DNA from: Balanoglossus misakiensis
Lineage: Eukaryota; Animalia; Hemichordata
DNA length: 64,000 nt
Assembly (NCBI GenBank): GCA_040954595.2
Contig: CM082584.2
Span: forward strand, 7,211,919-7,275,918
Direction of reading: 5' to 3'
Each line of letters opens with the position of its first letter. The first letter of the stretch is position 1. This document shows positions 13,601 to 22,600 of this stretch, one piece after another. The translations under genes and the position numbers were made by a program. The notes under the pieces are model-generated. The model did not search any database and was not told the DNA's origin. It worked only from the letters and a program-made list of their open reading frames with translations.

Positions 13601-16600
13601 CTGCTTCTTGTTTTGTGTGGTTGTGGTTTTGAAATGACAGACCTGCCTGTCACTTACTGTGCCCTCCTCCCATTGGCTCTAACTTTCATGATTGCCTCAG
13701 GGATGAGCGCCCTCAAGTGGCATGTCTGTCAATCAAGATCACAGTATGGTATAACAGTCATTTGAAATGTCTTATTCACGGGCGACATCAACATTTTATT
13801 TATGTGGGAAATGTGAGTTTTATGATGAACAAAAATGCTCATAGATTTTGGAGTGATTTCTAAATTCTTCAGATTTGTGCACACAAAATAATGTGCCGAA
13901 GATCACGGTTTTGTTCATCACATATTCACATTTCCTTCAAAAGTATTTCTCTTGTTTTTATTTTTTTTTCTCTGGCAGCATATTTTATATTTCATTAAAA
14001 GTTTTGATTTTTCCTTCTTTTTTTTCCTTCTATCTTTCCTGTCACCTATTTATTTTTCCTTACTCTCTGGTGGTGGTGATTGGTGCATAGATGTAACGGC
14101 CTCTCTCGCTGTTCATTTGATAATGTATCAGCTGTCCTCTCTTACGACCCTTGTCCTAACACTCACAAATACATGGAGGTTAAGTTTCATTGTGTTCAGC
14201 GGTGTAAGTTTTATTAAAGGGACAAAGCTGCCATCTTTTCTGAGATTATTTTGGATGTAATACGATGTTCAAAATACCAGAAAAGACTACGTAAATTACA
14301 CATAACTTCACAAATGAAACCACATTTAGAGAATACCAACCCCACTCACATCACCCCTCCCTCTTTGGTGACTGAGTTCCTTTAAAATGTTGAGATCAGT
14401 GACATAAACACAAACAAACTAATGTCAGAAGATGGTAGCAGTGCCCCTTTAACAGAGCAGGCATGGTTTTTTTTAACACCGAAATCTTAGCATGGTAACC
14501 TTCTGCATTTTCGAAATGTGATTCATTCAGATATGGTGTTGTGGAAATTTACTGAACTAGAACGACTGACATTTTACTGATTATTTGACACTGTATCATA
14601 TTGGCATTATAACAAGGCAATCATTTTATGAATGTGACAGTGCTGTTTGTATACTCTATAGAATCTCAGTCAATCACACGTTTTCAAGAAATATGTCTGT
14701 ATACATTTTAGTGTGCTGTAGTTATTGTTTCTCTCGCTGTTTTGAAATTTACACAGAGGGACATTATCATAATGCTTTTCATTTGAGCAATCTCTGCTCC
14801 CTTCCCAGTCACAAGCGTGACATCAAACCAAGTCATTTAGCTGATATTTGTTGAATTCTTGTCGTATTTCAGTCAGTGATGAGTGTCTGAGCGAACCTTG
14901 CTTCAACGGGGCCACCTGCGAGGGCACACTCGAAGGCTACATATGCCTCTGTCAGTTTGGCTATACTGGCATCCACTGTGAAATAGGTGAGTTGAAAGTA
15001 GGTTGTAGATGAATTCGTCTTGCATTGTTCTGTGTGAGGTTCTATCTTTAATGGAGGGTATATTCAGCTGTGTATGATGGGAGAGAGAGACCTCCCCCTC
15101 TCTCATAGTGTGCTACAGTCTCACTTTATCAAAAAATTTCATACTTTGGGAACACCATCTGGCAGTTACCACCAGTGGCCCAATCTAACATTTTAGCTCA
15201 TGGCATCAGAGTATATGTAAGATATCAAGAAAACAAATCTATTAAAAAAACGCGGTAAGTATACGTAAGCTACGTAGGATATAGATGTAATAATAAGATG
15301 TACAAAAAAATGAAAAAGTGAAGTTTGCTGCATTTTTCAGTACCACCACCCGTAACTACGGTAACTGTACCAGTTCCTTCTAATGTAAGCACAAGTGGCG
15401 CAGTCTCTCTTCCTACCACTAAAAAAGGTCAAAGTTCAACCACCTCCATCCCAGTTCCTACAACGCAAACAAGGTCCAGTACTGCGTCACCCACCACTGT
15501 AATACCTACTACCGATAAAAGTGCAACCGCTGAAGGTCTAAGTACATGTAAGTCCACCGACCGAATCAAGCACTCGCGCATTTGACTATTAAATCGCCAT
15601 AGCAACTTTCAAGATGTCTGCATCAATATTCAACCCAAACACATTATTTTTTCATAAGCATGTTTGGCTACCAAAGTTCGGTTATTATCATTAACCCAGT
15701 TTGGTTGGACCAGAAGGAAATTGTCTGAAGGAGATGATAATCTTTGTTTCTATCTCAGATCATGGCAGACATCTTGAAAAATGAAGAATGAAAGAAAAAC
15801 AAAATGGCCGTCTAATTACTCCATGTAAATGCTCTGGTTTGGTGGCTGCATAAGGACCTGTGACATCCTCTCATGTGTTTGCCCTTTGCAAATGCTGTAT
15901 TGTCAAATTTAGCAAAATGTTCTTGTTTGCACGTTTGTTAAACTTTATAACACACTTTATCTAAAATGTAACTTTAGTAAGCTGAAATCTAGACATTCTT
16001 GTAGATATACGTAGGCTGCAGAAAGGCACCTTCCAGTAATTATAGTGAAAGTACTTGTTGTAGTAGCACTCTTAAGCAAACAAGACCGAAAACACACAGA
16101 AAATAGAGTAGATTTGGGTCGATGAGGCTTAAATTTCTAAAATTGCTTTTCCTGGATAGTATTGGAAACATTTTTTTGTGTTGGAGACACACTTCAGATC
16201 AAAGCCCATGGTAGGGTTGCTTGTATGTTTGTCACAGGCACATGTACTTGAAGTTATCTTGTGAAGACTGCACTCTGACTTTCTCAACTAATAATAATGA
16301 TAATGTCTGTGAACACTGATTAACATATTAATTAAATAATGCTACATGTAGTTTGTTGTATTTTTCACGACTAGACTATCAGTAGTTTTGTAGCTTAGTT
16401 CATGCTAGTATGACCTACACGTAGGAGTACAGTTAAAAGTGAATGAAGAGTATGCAATATACTTTTTCACACACAGAAAAATCTATTTTTATTAAAAACT
16501 TTGAGTAAAAATGTTCATTTAATTATATGAATATGAAATGCTCTTTCAAGATTTTGTTTAGTTATGTGACCAGCAAAATATAAAGTTTATATGTGCAGAT

Positions 16601-19600
16601 TTACCAACTTGAGTTCAAAGGTCATTGATTTAGTATGGCGGTCATGATCGCAAAGAACCACTCACCATTTAGAAGTCAAAAGAAATTGGACTCGTCATAA
16701 TATCATGGCCAGGAAGGGTTTGTGTGTACTGTGGCTTTGCCCGAGTCTTATAACCACTGCAGTGTCATTACATGTGCCATCGCATTACAACTCACGATAG
16801 TATGTGCTTACAAGCGAGACATGTGATTTTGCCATGCACCCTGTAATTTTCACTAAAAATTCAAATGTTTGTCATTCAAAGTTGCTAGAATGGAAGAAAA
16901 AACTTCCATGCTTGTTCTTAAGAGTAACAGCAGGGTGCTCAGTTGAAATGAATTGCGGAATAAAAAAGTTGACTTTTGAATTCCTTGTAGTGATTACAAC
17001 TCCAGCTCCGACGGCGACAACCGGGAAAACAACCAGGAAACCACCGGAGCCAACAAAACATCACACTCAACCTGAACTGAAGTTACCCACTACAAAAGGT
17101 AAAATCGAATACCACTCTTCTGAGATATTATTTTTTGGAAACTTGTGAGGCTGTTGTACAGAGTAATGTCAGGTTAGCAGCCAATGCAAAGGAAGGGAAT
17201 GGTGAAGGGGGTATCTTTTGACCCAATATAGCACATGACCAAGTTGTACACTTTTTGGATTGCCAGTTGGACTCTGTTTGTAAATCCTGCAATACCACCA
17301 AAACTAACATCTGTGTTTAAAATCTAGAATTCTGTACTGTTGTGTAAAATTCTCATTCCAACGCTTGCAAAATCTTGCCCATTCCAACGCAGCCCCAACA
17401 AAAGCTCCAGTGGAGCCCACCGAGATCGCCACAACCACAGAAAAACTGCGCCTGCACTGTCCCGCCATCAGAAGCAGAGACATTGATTGGCCGGAAACGA
17501 TGACAGGCGAAGTGGTGACAATGCCGTGCCCACCCGGATCACAAGGTAAATATATATTTTGTGTACTGTATTTACATTGTTTGACAATAATTTAGTGACT
17601 TCTGTAAGTACCGATAAATGTTATACAGTTATCCTGAAGAATGTTTGATTTTGAGAAATTCTGTTGCCATAGGTACGGCGTCTTGGAGCTGTGACGATGT
17701 GCCAGCTGAGTGGACACCATCGACCGGACCCATCCTGAGTGACTGTAAGTCACCCTGGGTTAACTACATCACTGGCAGGGTAAGTGAGAAAATTTTGTGT
17801 AAAAAAGACGTTCTACATGCAAACGCTTTTTTGGCTGGTGTCATGGGGTACTGGATATGTACAATGTATCCCTTACATTGTAAGCAAATGATTGCTGATG
17901 GTATCAGCGACATTAGATCATTCTTAGAATGAACGAAGCAGCCAACCGTAGCATAGACTGGGCCTGGCAGCCACTGAAGATCCTAGTAGGTCGTGGCGAC
18001 TGCAGATAGGTTTGTGCTGGTATGAGAGGACATATCCTCATCATTGCATGTTTTCTAATGCACTGTGTAGGTCGATGAAATTGAAGATGTCGACGACATC
18101 AACCAGATCACAGAGCTGTTGGTGAGAAACACAAATTCCACCAAAGAGTTGTATGGAGGCGACCTCATTGGGTGCATAGACGTGATGAACAACTTGCCAG
18201 TTGCCATGGAGGAACAACTGCAGGGGCTCAACAAGATAGAACGTCGCCAATTGGTTACCCAGACCACTGATGTGAGTATCCTAGCAACCAGTAGAATTAG
18301 TGGAAAGTTAAGGGGAGACATTTTACTGCTGCTTTAAATCTTATTGGCTAAAAGCTGGCAATTTGGAAAAGTTAGGCTGGGCTGCAATCTTATTGGTCAG
18401 ATGCTCGCAAATCTGTAAAAGGTTAGGGGAACCTTTGCTGATGTGCTCCAAAAATGTATTTGCTGAAAGTTTGTAAAATACATGTATGTGAAAACTGTGC
18501 ACTTTGCGTAGAGATTCCCTTGGCGATAACAATTATTCGATTCTTCGGTTTTTTTTCAGCGGAATATTGTATCGGGTAGTAACCTGTTGACTGTGGAACA
18601 CCAGACAGCTTGGCTGGATCTGGGGAAGGAGCAGCAAACGCAGGAAGCCACAAAACTGCTGACTGGCATGGAGACCAACGGATTCTTACTCGCCAGAGAG
18701 TTGTCAGAGGGACAGGTTCAGAAGCAGACCACTGAGAATATCTGTGAGTATGATTAGAATGCAGGGTTTGTACAAACGCTCTTGGACAATTGTGGGAAGT
18801 CTTCAAATTTCAAAAACCATGCCTGGAAAGTGCTTGAAGGTCCTGGAGAAAGTGAAACGTACTCTTCAAAATCCCAGAGAATTTTTTACAGTTTTGAGCT
18901 ATTTTTTAATATAAAATAGTCTGTTACTTTGTCGGTCGTACATTTTGTGTACATATTCTTCTGGGGAATCTGGCTACAACTAAGATGAAAATGAATAATT
19001 CAGCATGTGCATTACGCAGTGAATTTGCCAAAATGTTTCAGGCATACAACAGTAATGTATAACAAACATTTAGTGTCGTGATCCTACGAACTGAACTTTA
19101 ATTCTTCCCTGTCAACAGTAATGGAAGTGGCTGTGGAAAAAGCCACCCAAATCAAGTCGGACGGAAAGACTTTCCCTGACACCAAGGAGACCTCCAACAA
19201 CTCCAACTGGAAAACAATCAGCGATTCCATCAGCCTGTCACAGTCCACCTTGAGGTCACAGGCCATCAATGGTGAGTAACCATAGAAACCAGCAACATTT
19301 TCAGATGATGTATTGAGTGTGAAGATCAACTCGTTAGATCAATGATCTTACAGGACGTTGAAGTCAGAATTTCTTTAATGTTTCTGCATTACTTTTAAAC
19401 AACAGGAACCACCAAACTGGTCTTTTTTATCTACAACAATGTGGGCAAGTTTTTGGACGGTGTGGATGATGTGAACAATAACAGCACAGACAACGCGACC
19501 CGATTGGTCAACACGCGGGTCATCTCGGCTTCCCTCAACTCTGTCCACTCCGGATCTAGCCTTCCGGAGCCAGCCATCATCGTGCTGCAACACAAGCATG

Positions 19601-22600
19601 TAAGCTCATAGCTTCCTCACCACAGTCTGTTGAGAATGGGCACTGACACACAAACATGGTGCAACTCATATAGTAGTACCATGTCAAGTAGTGCCATGAG
19701 AAATGTTCCGACACAATTTCATTTTATTCCACATTGCCCTGTGATTTTTCGACTGTTATGATTTCATTAAAATACGGCACAATTTACTTAATTTATTGAA
19801 ATTTTCTTCTTCTTTTTCAGACTGATAGGATGAATTCCGTGTGTGCATACTGGAATTACACTGTCAAGTGAGTAGCCACGGCAATACATCTCTGTACAAC
19901 CGCAATTCTATGGACTCACAGATTTCTTTCTTTGTTATCTCCCTGTCTGTGATTTCTCTCCCTCCCCCTCTCTCTACTTCCCTCCCTCCCTCCATCTTTC
20001 CATATGTACATCAACATGTACGTTCCTTGAGGAGGTAGTTAACAGTAATTTCAGTGACGATGTTCCATCATGATTTTTGATAGATCTCGGTCAAACACAT
20101 TTAGGCCTACATGACAACCTGTGTGACTGCTTCTGTTTTGTTTACTCCACAGTGGCGATGGAGCATGGTCTGACTACGGCTGTGAGACGGTGGAAAGTAA
20201 CGAGACTCACACAGTGTGCTCATGCAGCCATCTTACAAATTTTGCCGTTCTTATGGATGTCCACGGTACTGAGGTGAGTACGAAATAGCATGATTGATTG
20301 GTTGGAGAGATAATGCTGAAAAGCAGGGCTCCTTAGCAGGAACTGGAAAGTGTCGAACATGTTTGCTTTGAACATCATCTACTGTAAACCAAAGTATCTA
20401 TTTCTCGTATCTGGAAGTTTATATATGACAGAAATTACTTTTAAGTTTAAACTTTGATTTGCAGTTAATACACAAATTAAATATTGTGATTATATTTCCT
20501 ACAGCTTCCATGGAGCCATCACTTTACATTGTCCGTCATCACATACGCTGGATTCATGATATCCATCGTCTGTCTGGTTCTCTGTTTATTTACATTCACA
20601 TGTTTCAAGTAAGTTCACCTACAATGTTATTAATCACTGCCAACATTTGCTGATGTACAAGTATTAGAGGAGCTGCAATTAAGATATTTCTCATTTTCAA
20701 GCCCTGACTTGTGCCATGTTACAGACCGCAGTATAATGCAATTTATCTTTCGTTGTTTTTTCAGGAATTTACAATCCGACAGGAATACGATACACAAGAA
20801 TCTGTGCGTGTGTTTGTTGATTGCTGAGGTTTTGTTCATGGCTGGCATCACACAATACGAGAAAGAGGTAACCTTTCAGTTTGATTTTCAATAATGTCGA
20901 GTTCTATTCATGTACTGTTGGTTGTTTGCTGAAAAAACGAATGTATCTTCTCAGACTATTTAACATGTTCTTAATATTATTGCTACCCCCTTCTAGTTGG
21001 CCTGCACCATACTGGCTGCATTCCTGCACTACTTCTTCCTGGCAGCCTTTGCCTGGATGAGTCTGGAAGGAATCCAGCTCTATGTCATGCTGGTGGAAGT
21101 CTTCGAGGCCGAACATTCCCGCAGAAAATACTACTATCCGTACGGATATGGTAAGTCAAGTGACATTTGTGAATTTCAAGGAACACAGTTCGCAGTCACT
21201 CAGTTCAAGTCCCTACAATTTTATCTATGGTCTGTAAATCAGATATGTTTTACGTTTTATAGACATAATATAATCCTATATGAATTTGATGAGGTGTTTT
21301 GATCACGCCTGTGATTTCGTTTCTCTCCAGGTGTACCTGCTATCATTGTTGGCGCGTGTGTTGGAATAGATTATTTCTTCTACAACTTTCGTGGATATGG
21401 TACCGACAGATAGTAAGTGTCACATTTACTGCTATTTGTCTATGCTCTGTATAAACATACACTAAAATGGTATCAACTGAAGGAGCTAAATTTTATGAGC
21501 TAAATTTTATTTCATGTTAGACCTGGATTCAAATACTTCAATACATGTAACAGGAGATATATTTTTTGGGGTAAGATTATGATATGATACCCATCATATT
21601 TTATAATCATCTGTTAATCATGCAATTTTTCTTCTCAGTTGTTGGTTGAACACTGAATGGGGATTCATCTGGGCTTTTGTTGGACCAGTCTGTTTCGTCA
21701 TCTTGGTAAGAATTTGTAAAAGTTACTGTTTCCTTCCAAATTATCTCAGATAGAAGGCCGTATCATCCATATCTAATATTAAGCTTGTGAACTCCACCCT
21801 TGTTTCTCAATATCAATTTGTATGAGCTGACATTTTGAATTGATTTTATTACAGATCAACATGATCTTTCTGGTCATGGCCGGTGTAATCATGTGCAGAC
21901 ATACCAGATCGCCAACACACAAAAAGAACGATAAGATTAACAAGCTTAGGTAAGCAAAAACTTTTCATCCAAAGATAATGAAAAAAAACAACATACTAAA
22001 TGTCTTTGGAAAAGCATGCGCTGGCTTTCTCAGATGTGCCGTAGTCGTAGACTGTCAACATTTACAAATATTGCATTCCCCTGGGGGGTCCCTTTGCAAA
22101 TATTCCATGTCTCTCAGTCACTAGTCCAATCAGGCAACAGAGAAAAACCACAAGCTTCCTCAAGTCTCCAAGAAAATGCTACTAAAACTTACAAAGGTCC
22201 AGCTTTACTGATGGCCACATCTCTGTACAGAGAAGTGCAGTTGCTAACAGTACCCAGCTTTCCTCTATGGAAATCAGTACTGTATAATAACAAACTCCAT
22301 ACATCTGTCCTGCCTACAACTGATACCTAACATGCATTCCATTGAAATTCTCATCATTACTAAACTCATGAACTGTACCTTGCAACAGAAACACTTAATG
22401 GGAGTAAGGTCTCTGAAGTTATACATCCTGGTTTCTGAAAACTAACTCTATATCAAACCTTTCCATCATTTCAACCATTTCACTCATTGGTGTGTTTACA
22501 GTGTATCTCTGCAGGTAGCCGAAATGAACAAACTGACGTAAGCATACGCTTATCTCTGTCCTTAGCTATAATCTCTGTCTCTATTCCTCTGACATCCAAA

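Noticed and set aside
13525-14090. A second lectin N-half exon that would make a tandem two-lectin ectodomain
   Set aside because: No intact ANYGR-type exon with phase 1 start and phase 2 end was found; only a VCQSRS hexapeptide and an out-of-frame HGRH
21483-21510. 14-bp direct tandem duplication gagctaaattttat
   Set aside because: Two copies only; ordinary intronic slippage, not an array
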